Part shown: piece by piece, positions 25,267 through 32,000 of the stretch
Numbering within the stretch: the stretch's first letter is position 1
Layout of the letters: each line of letters begins with the position of its first letter
From: Nitrosarchaeum sp.
GTDB taxonomy: Archaea > Thermoproteota > Nitrososphaeria > Nitrososphaerales > Nitrosopumilaceae
NCBI GenBank assembly: GCA_002737445.1
Contig: NSIR01000003.1
Location: 2,719-34,718 of the forward strand
Direction: 5' to 3'
Length of the DNA: 32,000 nt
Notes under the pieces: model-generated
Seen by the model: the letters and a program-made list of their open reading frames with translations, nothing else
The model's database searches: none
Told to the model about the DNA's origin: nothing
Made by a program: the position numbers and the translations under genes

Positions 25267-25752
25267 TCAACAATTAGTAATACAAATTAATGCTGTATCT
25301 ACTGTTGATTGTTGTTTTGATGGACGAATTACAATATTGTAATTTTCAAATTCATCATATGCGATATCAAATTGTGTAGTTGTCATTAATGTTTTGTTTG
25401 GTTCTAACCATACATTTGAGAGATCATCTTTGGAAAATACACCGTAAATTGCTTTATGTTTTAGATCTTTTGCGTCAATTAGGAAAAACTGTCCACTTGT
25501 TAACATGGTTTCTGTATCACTGATATTTTTTGCAATGATTTTGATTTTTACAAATGTATTTTCAGGTATTGTTTCACTGTTTCCCTTATGTATTCCATCA
25601 AATACCACGGTATATTCAACAGGACCTACAATAACTGATTCTCCTTCCTTCACAACTGTGAATTTTATCTGATACTGAGTGTACATGTACATTGCAGCCA
25701 TCATTGAAATTATAATTGCGATAATTACAATAATTACTCCAATTCGAACCAT
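25267..25752 (-). CDS. Membrane-anchored protein with DUF4352-like beta-sandwich domain
   Basis: N-terminal TM helix (IGVIIVIIAIIISMMAAM). FVKIKIIAKNISDTETMLTSGQFFLID resembles DUF4352. Confidence 0.55.
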   Translation of the reverse strand: MVRIGVIIVIIAIIISMMAAMYMYTQYQIKFTVVKEGESVIVGPVEYTVVFDGIHKGNSETIPENTFVKIKIIAKNISDTETMLTSGQFFLIDAKDLKHKAIYGVFSKDDLSNVWLEPNKTLMTTTQFDIAYDEFENYNIVIRPSKQQSTVDTALICITNC

Positions 25753-25936
25753 GATTGAATCTGGAAAAATTTGGTATATAGTTTAAGCGTAAATTAGTGA
25801 TAACTCACATGTTATTTTTAATTCGAAATTTATTAAAAACTCAACTTTATTTAGAAAACAACAAAAATCTATCTTGTATTATTTTTTAATTTTTGGATTA
25901 TATTATATTTTTTTTAGGATTTTTCTATATTTTGAA

Positions 25937-26042
25937 GGGGCTTAGCTTTTGTGCCTAACTCAAAAACATAACGCATGTTTAGATGGGACATCTAGGTGGT
26001 TTTGTGATTGCCTTTTCCAGGTAGGCACAAGTGTTAAACCCC
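25937..26042. repeat. Long imperfect inverted repeat (21-nt arms, 64-nt spacer) built from G-tract-led units
   Basis: 25937-25957 (GGGGCTTAGCTTTTGTGCCTA) pairs with 26022-26042 (TAGGCACAAGTGTTAAACCCC): 17 Watson-Crick pairs, 2 G-T pairs and 2 mismatches, counted by hand. An inner 6-bp hairpin lies at 25980-25994. Confidence 0.8.
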
Positions 26043-26102
26043 CCTGATAATTGAGTGATTTTGATAATTTGGCATAGTGCCTACATCATGTAAAATTGAG
26101 GA

Positions 26103-26124
26103 GGGGATTAGCTTTCATGACTAG
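26103..26124 (+). repeat. Third (direct) copy of the G-tract-led unit
   Basis: GGGGATTAGCTTTCATGACTAG compared with GGGGCTTAGCTTTTGTGCCTAA at 25937. A C8 run at 26286-26293 is a possible distal partner. Confidence 0.6.
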
Positions 26125-26366
26125 TTATTGAAAACAACCTTTTAGTTGAAAAAAAGTAATTGTAATTTTATTTAGTTGCAATACATGTCAAATGTATTAT
26201 TGCATACATTTGAATGAATAATTTTCTCTATATAATATCTTGATATGTAATTAATTAAATTTAATGCCCAATCGTACTCAATTTACCCCCCCCAATTCAA
26301 TACATTCTGATTGGATTTCATGTGATTTGAATCTGTGATATTATCTAAAAGTATGAAATTATTATT

Positions 26367-26816
26367 TTAGAATGTTTTCATCAAAAAACGTGCGGTTTTT
26401 TCATACATGTCTGACACTTTGTTAATTCCATCAAAAACTGTTTGCTGATTTATGTTTTCTTTGTCGTCTAGTACTAGAAAAACTCCTATCTTTTGTTTAC
26501 CGTCTTCGGTAATTATTTTACTTATGGCTTGTATTGAATTACAAAAATCATGCATTTTTTTCTCAAACTTTGTTTTTTCCTCTTCATTAAATCCTAAAAA
26601 TCTCGCAATTTGATTGTCTTTCATTATCACTTTGGCGCTAATTACAATGATGCCTGGCTGTGATTTTGGTTCAAATATTTCCACAGGTGTTCCATACTGA
26701 CCTGCATGTTTAACTATAATTTGGAAATTGTTTTCTGGATTTTTAATTGATTGAAATGAATGATTTTCATGTATTAGCCATCTTTCCACACTTTCTTTCA
26801 TTTTATCACCAGTCAT
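26367..26816 (-). CDS. Hypothetical protein (149 aa)
   Basis: Long ORF that looks like mixed alpha/beta. No family confidently recognised. Confidence 0.55.
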   Translation of the reverse strand: MTGDKMKESVERWLIHENHSFQSIKNPENNFQIIVKHAGQYGTPVEIFEPKSQPGIIVISAKVIMKDNQIARFLGFNEEEKTKFEKKMHDFCNSIQAISKIITEDGKQKIGVFLVLDDKENINQQTVFDGINKVSDMYEKTARFLMKTF

Positions 26817-26884
26817 GAAAATCTGTCTTTATCAGGCCTATATGATTCTAAATTCATGTTAAGTTATAGTATCAATTTAAAATG

Positions 26885-26906
26885 TTTCTAAATTCGAATT
26901 TAGATA
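26885..26906. repeat. Palindrome family copy B (18-bp perfect core TCTAAATTCGAATTTAGA)
   Basis: Core at 26887-26904 is perfect; 21 of 22 bases match copy A over the aligned 22 bp. It lies 46 nt downstream of the stop of the 26952-27167 gene. Confidence 0.9.
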
Positions 26907-26951
26907 TTATGTAAATCTCTGCCTATTATCATTGCATTTAAGTGTCTATTT

Positions 26952-27167
26952 TTAGACATGTACCTTGAAATCCGGTGTTAAATCTGTAATTTGTCCTAGC
27001 AACATAACATTGATTATAATTCCAATGACTGTTAAAACAATTCCAAGATACACTGATTTTTTTGCTTTAATTGGATCAGAATGTCTTAAAATCATATATC
27101 CGACTATACCTCCAATTAAGCCAAGTAAAATTGGTAAAATATACCACAACCTACTAGTTAATTTCAT
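26952..27167 (-). CDS. Small membrane protein (two TM helices)
   Basis: 71 aa. LWYILPILLGLIGGIVGYMIL and VYLGIVLTVIGIIINVMLLG are the hydrophobic segments. Confidence 0.5.
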   Translation of the reverse strand: MKLTSRLWYILPILLGLIGGIVGYMILRHSDPIKAKKSVYLGIVLTVIGIIINVMLLGQITDLTPDFKVHV

Positions 27168-27197
27168 ATTTTTTGTTTCAGTATACTTGGATAAAAT

Positions 27198-27446
27198 TTA
27201 TTCATTTTTAATTAATTTTTTCTGATTCTGAGTTATCTCTATTTGCACTGTTTCAAGTGGATCGTCTACTTGATTACGTCTAATTGAAAACATTTTTGGT
27301 TTTTCAAAGTCTTCCGTACAATCTGGACATGCATAGACTAGAACTCTGTGTTCATTTGGTGCTTTTGGATTAGATAGTCTAGGGTAATACACCAATCTTG
27401 CCCCACAATCCACACAATATCTATTGGCTCTTCTAATTCTGACCAA
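27198..27446 (-). CDS. Small zinc-ribbon protein
   Basis: 82 aa with CVDC ... CPDC pairs. Confidence 0.5.
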   Translation of the reverse strand: MVRIRRANRYCVDCGARLVYYPRLSNPKAPNEHRVLVYACPDCTEDFEKPKMFSIRRNQVDDPLETVQIEITQNQKKLIKNE

Positions 27447-27537
27447 TGTAAACCTCCTGCATTATTGTTAATCTGCGATCGTCTATTAGATCTATACAGT
27501 CTAATTGTGTAAACCAAATAGTTTCAATCAATCAATG

Positions 27538-27559
27538 TTTCTAAACTCGAATTTAGAAA
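27538..27559. repeat. Palindrome family copy C (TTTCTAAACTCGAATTTAGAAA)
   Basis: 22 bp with one arm mismatch. It shares additional flanks with copy B (ATCAAT..AATGTTTC on the left, TATTAT..ATGTA on the right). A T6 run follows on the plus strand. Confidence 0.9.
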
Positions 27560-27607
27560 TATTATTTTTTATGTATGGTTCTTAATACATGTAGAAGGAA
27601 AAATATG

Positions 27608-27629
27608 TTTCAAAATTCGAGTTTGGAAA
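27608..27629. repeat. Palindrome family copy D (TTTCAAAATTCGAGTTTGGAAA)
   Basis: More diverged copy. One arm difference (T27616/G27621) pairs as U-G on the plus strand and the other (A27612/G27625) is a mismatch on either strand. It ends 8 nt from the 3' end of tRNA-Asn. Confidence 0.8.
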
Positions 27630-27636
27630 TAAAGAG

Positions 27637-27710
27637 CGCCTCCCACCAGACTTGAACTGGTGACCATTCGATTAACAGTCGAATGCTCTACCACGCTGAG
27701 CTAGGGAGGC
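27637..27710 (-). tRNA. tRNA-Asn (anticodon GUU)
   Basis: The reverse complement folds as GCCUCCC-UA-GCUC-AGCGUGGUA-GAGC-A-UUCGA-CUGUUAA-UCGAA-UGGUC-ACCAG-UUCAAGU-CUGGU-GGGAGGC-G. That is 74 nt, with no intron and no encoded CCA. An ATTAAAT TATA-like box lies 26-32 nt upstream (27736-27742). Confidence 0.95.
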
Positions 27711-27779
27711 ACAAGTTTGTACTTTTGTAAAAGCGATTTAATCCTTGCGCCTATTGAAATATGTCTAAATTCTGAATCG

Positions 27780-28067
27780 CTAGTTAAATTTAGCAAAAAA
27801 TTCTTTAATTTCTTTGGAATAGTTTTCTACCAATTCAATTATTTCCATATGTTCTTCTGCAGTTGGTTCACGTTTATGCACAATTTGAAATGCACTTAAT
27901 GCAGAACCGACCATTTCACCTACAAAAAAACCACAAAGAAAATCTCCAACATTTTGACAATCCCATAACTCTCCAATTCTGGGTGAAGCTCCAGCACTTT
28001 TGTATAACTCAAGTGTCTGTTCAATTAAAGATGAAGTTTGTTTTGAAAATTCAGGATCTAGTGTCAT
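27780..28067 (-). CDS. Hypothetical acidic protein following the ribosomal operon
   Basis: 95-aa ORF, 27 nt downstream of the L6 stop on the same strand. It is not basic and resembles no ribosomal protein I recognise. Confidence 0.5.
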   Translation of the reverse strand: MTLDPEFSKQTSSLIEQTLELYKSAGASPRIGELWDCQNVGDFLCGFFVGEMVGSALSAFQIVHKREPTAEEHMEIIELVENYSKEIKEFFAKFN

Positions 28068-28094
28068 GTAATATGTTGAAATTTTTTTAAATTA

Positions 28095-28652
28095 TTATTT
28101 GTTTATTCCTTTTTTCTTTTCATAGGCATAAATCCCATCCAAGAAAACTCTATGATCTTTATCTTTTACTTTACTGCGTAATTCTATGTTTGCTGCAGTT
28201 TGTGTAATGTCATTCCACACAGCGCCAGTTAAAATAACATCTTCTCCTTTTGGAATTACTTTGGTATCTCCAATAATTCTTGTAACTCTTGCAGATCTTT
28301 CACCTTGAAAGTTTTCTATCAAGACAGTTTTATCTTGAACTTTAACTGTGATTGGAAAATGTGCAAAAACAATTTTCATTTTAATTGTATATCCTACAAT
28401 TAGACCTTCACAAATATTTCTTATAATTGATCTTGCAGTGTGTAATATGGAATAATCTCTTTTTCTATATGCTTGTGCTTTTAATATTATTTTTCCATCT
28501 ACAATTTCAATCGTAACTGGTATGTTTCTGAAATTTTTGTATGTTTTACCTAGTGGTCCTTCAAAATGTACCATGTGTTTTTTTAAAGTGACTTTAACGC
28601 CAGTTGGAATTTCCACAATTTCCTGGAATTTTTCTAATTGCTCAGTAGACAT
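28095..28652 (-). CDS. rpl6: 50S ribosomal protein L6 (uL6)
   Basis: 185 aa with the typical duplicated L6 fold sequence (IPTGVKVTLKKHMVHFEGPLG...). Operon context supports it. Confidence 0.93.
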   Translation of the reverse strand: MSTEQLEKFQEIVEIPTGVKVTLKKHMVHFEGPLGKTYKNFRNIPVTIEIVDGKIILKAQAYRKRDYSILHTARSIIRNICEGLIVGYTIKMKIVFAHFPITVKVQDKTVLIENFQGERSARVTRIIGDTKVIPKGEDVILTGAVWNDITQTAANIELRSKVKDKDHRVFLDGIYAYEKKKGINK

Positions 28653-29034
28653 ATCCTATCAAAAATCCTCCTAATCCCTTGTTTACAGCTTCGTGATGTG
28701 ACATGACACCTTTGTTTGTTGTTACTAATAACATTCCTCTATTGTATGCTGGGAGATACTGTTGTTCCCAACTATTGTATTCTTCATTTTTTACTTTGAA
28801 TCTTGGTGAAATTGCACCACATTTTGTTATTTTTGCCAATAACTTTATTTTGAATTTTCCGCCTCTTTTATCGTCAATATGTTCAAACTCTCCAATGTAT
28901 CCGTCTTTTTGAAGTGTTTTAAGAACTTCAACGCCTAATTTTGAAGTTGGAAGAATTATACATTCATCTTTTCTTCGTGCCTCATTGTTATACAATGTGA
29001 CAAATAGATTTGCTAAAACATTTTGTGCCGGCAT
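28642..29034 (-). CDS. rps8: 30S ribosomal protein S8 (uS8)
   Basis: LANLFVTLYNNEARRKDECII.PTSKL...LQKDGYIGEFE is present. I place the start at ATG 29034; the track's GTG at 29043 would overlap the S14 stop. Confidence 0.93.
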   Translation of the reverse strand: MPAQNVLANLFVTLYNNEARRKDECIILPTSKLGVEVLKTLQKDGYIGEFEHIDDKRGGKFKIKLLAKITKCGAISPRFKVKNEEYNSWEQQYLPAYNRGMLLVTTNKGVMSHHEAVNKGLGGFLIGYVY

Positions 29035-29039
29035 TATAA

Positions 29040-29219
29040 TCACATATTTTTCCTGAAGCCTAAAGATGTTGCTACTTCTCTAAAACATCGTCTACATAAC
29101 ATTAAATCATATTTTTGAATTACAGCTGTATAATCTCCACATCTTTTACACCATTTAGAGCCTCTGCCAAAATCATGTTTCTTTCTTCCTGTGGCTTCAT
29201 ATGATCTATCTTTTGCCAT
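29040..29219 (-). CDS. rps14: 30S ribosomal protein S14 (uS14, zinc-binding type Z), missed by the 60-aa ORF cutoff
   Basis: Hand translation gives MAKDRSYEATGRKKHDFGRGSKWCKRCGDYTAVIQKYDLMLCRRCFREVATSLGFRKNM (59 aa). It has CxxC...CxxC. Its ATG overlaps the L5 TAA by one base (TAATG). Confidence 0.9.
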   Translation of the reverse strand: MAKDRSYEATGRKKHDFGRGSKWCKRCGDYTAVIQKYDLMLCRRCFREVATSLGFRKNM

Positions 29220-29740
29220 TATACTACAGTGACTCCAAATTCTTTAATTAGATAATCTTTTGCTTCTTGACTTTTTATGATATGTGCCTTTCCAACACTG
29301 GCTTTGTGTTTACTTCTTTTTCTAATTCCATATCCAGGTCTAGTTAGAGTTACTGAAATTCCAAGACCCAAGATTCCAACTTGTGGATCATATTTTACAC
29401 CTGGTATGTCTATGTGTTCTTTAATTCCAAATGAAAGATTTCCAAAATTATCAAAAGATTTTCCATTGATTTGATGTCCTTTTGATTCTAGTAATCGTTT
29501 AAGTAAAACATGTGCATCCTTTCCTCTTATTGTAACTGCAACACCGATTGGTTCTCCTTGTCTAACGCCCCACTCTCTTTGTGTTTCTTTAGCATTACGT
29601 GAACAAGATTTTTTACCTGAGATATGATCTAGTGCTTTTTTAGCTACTTGTATTATGTCCCCTGATTTTCCTAATCCCATATTTAGAACAACTTTCTCTA
29701 AAGATATTTTTTTCATTTGGGAATTAATTACTTCTGACAT
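29219..29740 (-). CDS. rpl5: 50S ribosomal protein L5 (uL5)
   Basis: 173 aa with typical uL5 sequence (KVVLNMGLG...FGIKEHIDIPG.KYDP..GI.G). Operon context supports it. Confidence 0.93.
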   Translation of the reverse strand: MSEVINSQMKKISLEKVVLNMGLGKSGDIIQVAKKALDHISGKKSCSRNAKETQREWGVRQGEPIGVAVTIRGKDAHVLLKRLLESKGHQINGKSFDNFGNLSFGIKEHIDIPGVKYDPQVGILGLGISVTLTRPGYGIRKRSKHKASVGKAHIIKSQEAKDYLIKEFGVTVV

Positions 29741-29744
29741 ATTA

Positions 29745-30461
29745 TCACTTGATTTGAATTATAGGTTCCTTTTTACCTATTACCATAATTATGTCTGTTG
29801 GAATTTCAATTTTTCTTTCTCCTAACATTAACACAGCACGTCTAGGTAAAATGAAAGTTCCCTCTTCTATTGACTCTATTTTTCCAATCTGTCCTGCGTT
29901 AATTCCACGAGTTACCAAAACACTTGAATCTTTTTCTAATTTTAATACTTCAAGAATTTTTTGATCTGGAACTTGTATCAAACATGTATCTCCGACACTT
30001 ACTTTGGTATCTGAAATTGTTGAACGACCGTCATGGAATCCTATTTGCATTTTTCCATTACTAATTGTTGTTTTACTTGTTACTCTAACTAATTTTTTTG
30101 CCTTTTCAGATTCTTTAATTTGTAATGGTTTTAGTAATTTTCCTTCCATTGGAACTAGACGATATATTTCTGGAACATTTTCTAATTCGACTACATCCAT
30201 TAATCCAATTGCATGGTGAAGTGATTTTCTAACAACACCATCAACTTTGACTTTACCTGTGTAAATTGTGGCTTTAGCTTCTCTTAATGTGGTTACAATT
30301 TTTAGTACGTCTCTTAGAAATACAGCAGTTGGCACTGAATACTCTTTTTTATGTGGGCCTGGTCTAACTGTAATTACAAATCGCTTTTCTTTTCTACCAA
30401 TTCCCCAAAACTGTGGGGCCATTTGTCTTTTGAGTTTTTTACTTCCAGATATGCTTACCAT
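29745..30461 (-). CDS. rps4e: 30S ribosomal protein S4e (eS4)
   Basis: 238 aa. KLKRQMAP.FWGI.RK...F...PGPH and the KOW-containing body are present. Confidence 0.93.
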   Translation of the reverse strand: MVSISGSKKLKRQMAPQFWGIGRKEKRFVITVRPGPHKKEYSVPTAVFLRDVLKIVTTLREAKATIYTGKVKVDGVVRKSLHHAIGLMDVVELENVPEIYRLVPMEGKLLKPLQIKESEKAKKLVRVTSKTTISNGKMQIGFHDGRSTISDTKVSVGDTCLIQVPDQKILEVLKLEKDSSVLVTRGINAGQIGKIESIEEGTFILPRRAVLMLGERKIEIPTDIIMVIGKKEPIIQIK

Positions 30462-30976
30462 TATTTTTTAACTTCCTTTTTTGAATTTTTTGTTACTTTT
30501 GTTTGTTTAGTCATGTTTTGTTTTTTTGCTACTTTTTCAGTGACTATTTTTGGTTTTTCATTGACTTTAACTGCTTTTTTTACGACTGCAACTGGTTTTT
30601 CAATAACAACTTTGGGTTTTTGAATTTGCTTTTTACCTTCTAATTTTGTAATTCTCCATTTATCTTCTGTATTTAGTGCTGTAACTAGAAGATTTGAGGT
30701 ATGAATGTAAACATCAAATTTTTCACCTTTTGTCTTTTCTTTTTTTACACCTTCAACTGCAACAGCATTTTTCTTTGTTGATATTATTGTAATTTTACCG
30801 TCTATGCCTTTGAATTCCCCTCTTACAATTTTTATTGTATCTCCTTCAACAACTCTGATACTTTTTTTACCGTATTTTTTTCGAAGTTCTTTGGATAATT
30901 GACTTCCTAACTGTTTACTTTTTGTATGGAAAGTTGCCTGATAAATTTGCCTATTACGCATTTTTGTTGGTTTCAT
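30461..30976 (-). CDS. rpl24: 50S ribosomal protein L24 (uL24) with Lys-rich C-terminal extension
   Basis: KOW motif ([21 protein letters not shown]). About 55 extra C-terminal residues are rich in K, V and E. Confidence 0.9.
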   Translation of the reverse strand: MKPTKMRNRQIYQATFHTKSKQLGSQLSKELRKKYGKKSIRVVEGDTIKIVRGEFKGIDGKITIISTKKNAVAVEGVKKEKTKGEKFDVYIHTSNLLVTALNTEDKWRITKLEGKKQIQKPKVVIEKPVAVVKKAVKVNEKPKIVTEKVAKKQNMTKQTKVTKNSKKEVKK

Positions 30977-30977
30977 T

Positions 30978-31400
30978 TTAAATCACCATTGATGCCAAAT
31001 TAGCTACTCTTGGCCATTTTTCTGAAGCTTCAGCTGCAACTGGTCCTTTAATGTCAGTTCCTTTTACTTCTCCTTCCGGAGTAATCAAAACTGCAGCATT
31101 ATCTTCAAAGCACACTCTGACGCCGTTTAATCTTCTAACTGCATATTTTTGTCTAATTATTACTGCACCATACACTTGTTTTCTTAATTCAGCTGGACCT
31201 TTTTTTACAACTACATTACAAAAATCACCTACAGCTGCAGCAGGTAATCTAGCGTGTCTTGTTTTGTGTCTTTGTACCATTACAATTTCTAAAATTTTTG
31301 CACCTGTGTTATCTGCACATACTACTCGTGCACCAACAGGAATTGCTCTTGTAACGTAAGGACGGAATTCTGATACTCCTTTACCTGCTTGTTTTGCCAT
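30978..31400 (-). CDS. rpl14: 50S ribosomal protein L14 (uL14)
   Basis: [15 protein letters not shown]... is present. 140 aa. Confidence 0.95.
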   Translation of the reverse strand: MAKQAGKGVSEFRPYVTRAIPVGARVVCADNTGAKILEIVMVQRHKTRHARLPAAAVGDFCNVVVKKGPAELRKQVYGAVIIRQKYAVRRLNGVRVCFEDNAAVLITPEGEVKGTDIKGPVAAEASEKWPRVANLASMVI

Positions 31401-31723
31401 TATGCTTTAACCTCAACTACTACATATGATACTGATTTTGAAATTGGTCTGCATTCTGCAGTTAATACCTCATTACCTGTTTCAACATCCATACATTCAG
31501 GTACATGTGCATGAATTGTATTTTTACTTCTTGCATATCTTTTGAATTTTATATAATAAATTGGAGATTCCTTTTGTAATGTGATTGTTTGTTTTGATTT
31601 GTTGCTTGTAACTTTACCGCCAAACAATTTACCTCTAATTGATAAACTACCATGAAATGGACAATGAATATCTGAACATTCTCTAGTTGGTGCTTTTACT
31701 TTTAATCCAATGTTTAGTGTCAA
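31400..31723 (-). CDS. rps17: 30S ribosomal protein S17 (uS17)
   Basis: CSDIHCPFHG...GKV.S.K...TI and the C-terminal ...ECRPISKS..YVVVE are present. Stop and start overlap with L14. Confidence 0.93.
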   Translation of the reverse strand: MTLNIGLKVKAPTRECSDIHCPFHGSLSIRGKLFGGKVTSNKSKQTITLQKESPIYYIKFKRYARSKNTIHAHVPECMDVETGNEVLTAECRPISKSVSYVVVEVKA

Positions 31724-31986
31724 GCCCTTCCTCCTATTCTATCAAATGATCTTTTTGCAATTGATGAACCATTTACAATAATTTCTTTGTTATCGATTGA
31801 AAATTTCCAACTATTGTGTAATTTTTCAATCATTTTACTCCCATTTTTAGTTTTCATAATGATCATTGATTTTGTTTCGTCAGTTATTGTTCCATTTAAT
31901 CCTATGAATTGTGAATTTGTTGATTCTACGATCTCAGTGCGTAATCCAATTAATTCATGTGATGTGATATTCTCTGCTGTAATCAT
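31720..31986 (-). CDS. rnp1: RNase P protein component 1 (Rpp29/Pop4)
   Basis: ELIGLRTEIVESTNSQFIGLNGTITDETKSMIIMKT is the Rpp29 Sm-like barrel signature. It occupies the conserved position between L29 and S17. Confidence 0.85.
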   Translation of the reverse strand: MITAENITSHELIGLRTEIVESTNSQFIGLNGTITDETKSMIIMKTKNGSKMIEKLHNSWKFSIDNKEIIVNGSSIAKRSFDRIGGRA

Positions 31987-32000
31987 TTTACTTTCATCTC
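31983..32000 (-). CDS. 3' end of an upstream gene, presumably ribosomal protein L29 (uL29)
   Basis: The frame reads ...EMKVK-TGA, with the TGA overlapping the Rpp29 ATG (ATGA). Identity is inferred only from conserved archaeal operon order. Confidence 0.3.
   Translation of the reverse strand, partial: EMKVK

Noticed and set aside
26011-26046. TTCCAG...CCCCCC resembles the start of a canonical archaeal ORB element (TTCCAnTGGAAA...G-string)
   Set aside because: Only the TTCCAG hexamer matches. The dyad half TGGAA is missing, and the homopolymer run is on the wrong strand relative to the remembered ORB consensus. No orc1/cdc6 gene is in the window. The origin idea is kept only as one hypothesis and is not called as a feature.
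25753-26366. Tested whether the repeat-dense spacer is RNase P RNA, SRP RNA, a C/D-box sRNA or a CRISPR array
   Set aside because: I found no RNase P CR-I-like GAGGAAAGUCC. I found no recognisable SRP helix-8 motif. No properly spaced C (RUGAUGA) and D (CUGA) box pair exists: only an AUGAUGU on the minus strand with no matching D box, and a CUGA on the plus strand with no C box at the right distance. The repeats are not regularly spaced with unique spacers, so the region is not a CRISPR array. The region stays unexplained and is reported as a finding.
481-31359. About 30 antisense or off-frame ORFs of 60-155 aa inside well-supported genes. Examples: 481-681, 590-781, 1196-1390, 6890-7255, 12444-12656, 13062-13277, 13743-14140, 14382-14570, 14872-15480, 15766-16053, 18211-18540, 18696-18893, 19057-19524, 22384-22686, 24097-24318, 26965-27225, 27717-28090, 28703-28912, 29277-29474, 30004-30623 and 31051-31359.
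   Set aside because: Each lies largely or wholly within or opposite a gene with clear family motifs (EF-2, PurP, UbiX, TatC, PurL, ribosomal proteins and others). Their products are low-complexity or compositionally odd. They are shadow ORFs of the kind expected in AT-rich sequence.

Overview
Strongly AT-rich archaeal chromosome segment. The gene content points to an ammonia-oxidising thaumarchaeon (Nitrosopumilus-like); this is inferred from the gene set and composition, not from any search. Markers are aEF-2, PurP, an S4e/Rpp29-containing ribosomal protein operon and tatCA. Layout: (1) 1-2000, 3' part of aEF-2. (2) 2.1-6.9 kb, a block of about 13 small orphan ORFs on both strands, including two ~195-aa wHTH proteins of the same architecture, a PIN-like DUF5615/Mut7-C-type protein, a small zinc-ribbon protein and a small membrane protein. 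(3) 6.9-17.2 kb, mixed housekeeping and accessory genes: a Cys-motif membrane protein, a CBS-TrkH fusion, a DUF151 nuclease, a SpoT/Mesh1-like HD protein, PurP, UbiX plus an SRPBCC protein, an unknown ORF with tatC-tatA, and a SIMPL protein. (4) 17.3-23.4 kb, a purine cluster purS-purQ-purL-purF-(stand-alone RAM protein)-(DUF427)-purC. (5) 23.8-27.7 kb, an ArsR regulator, a PPOX-family protein, an extremely basic AAPKRK-repeat protein, a 614-bp repeat-dense gene-free spacer, small ORFs and tRNA-Asn(GUU). (6) 28.1-32.0 kb on the minus strand, the ribosomal operon (L29 end)-Rpp29-S17-L14-L24-S4e-L5-S14-S8-L6. I saw no CRISPR array, rRNA, transposase or integrase. The items most worth follow-up come directly from the sequence: a family of near-identical 22-26 bp TTCGAA-centred palindromes in intergenic spacers, the G-tract-punctuated spacer at 25.75-26.37 kb with mutually exclusive pairings, and the histone-H1-tail-like basic repeat protein. 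All functional calls rest on remembered family motifs. No database search was possible.
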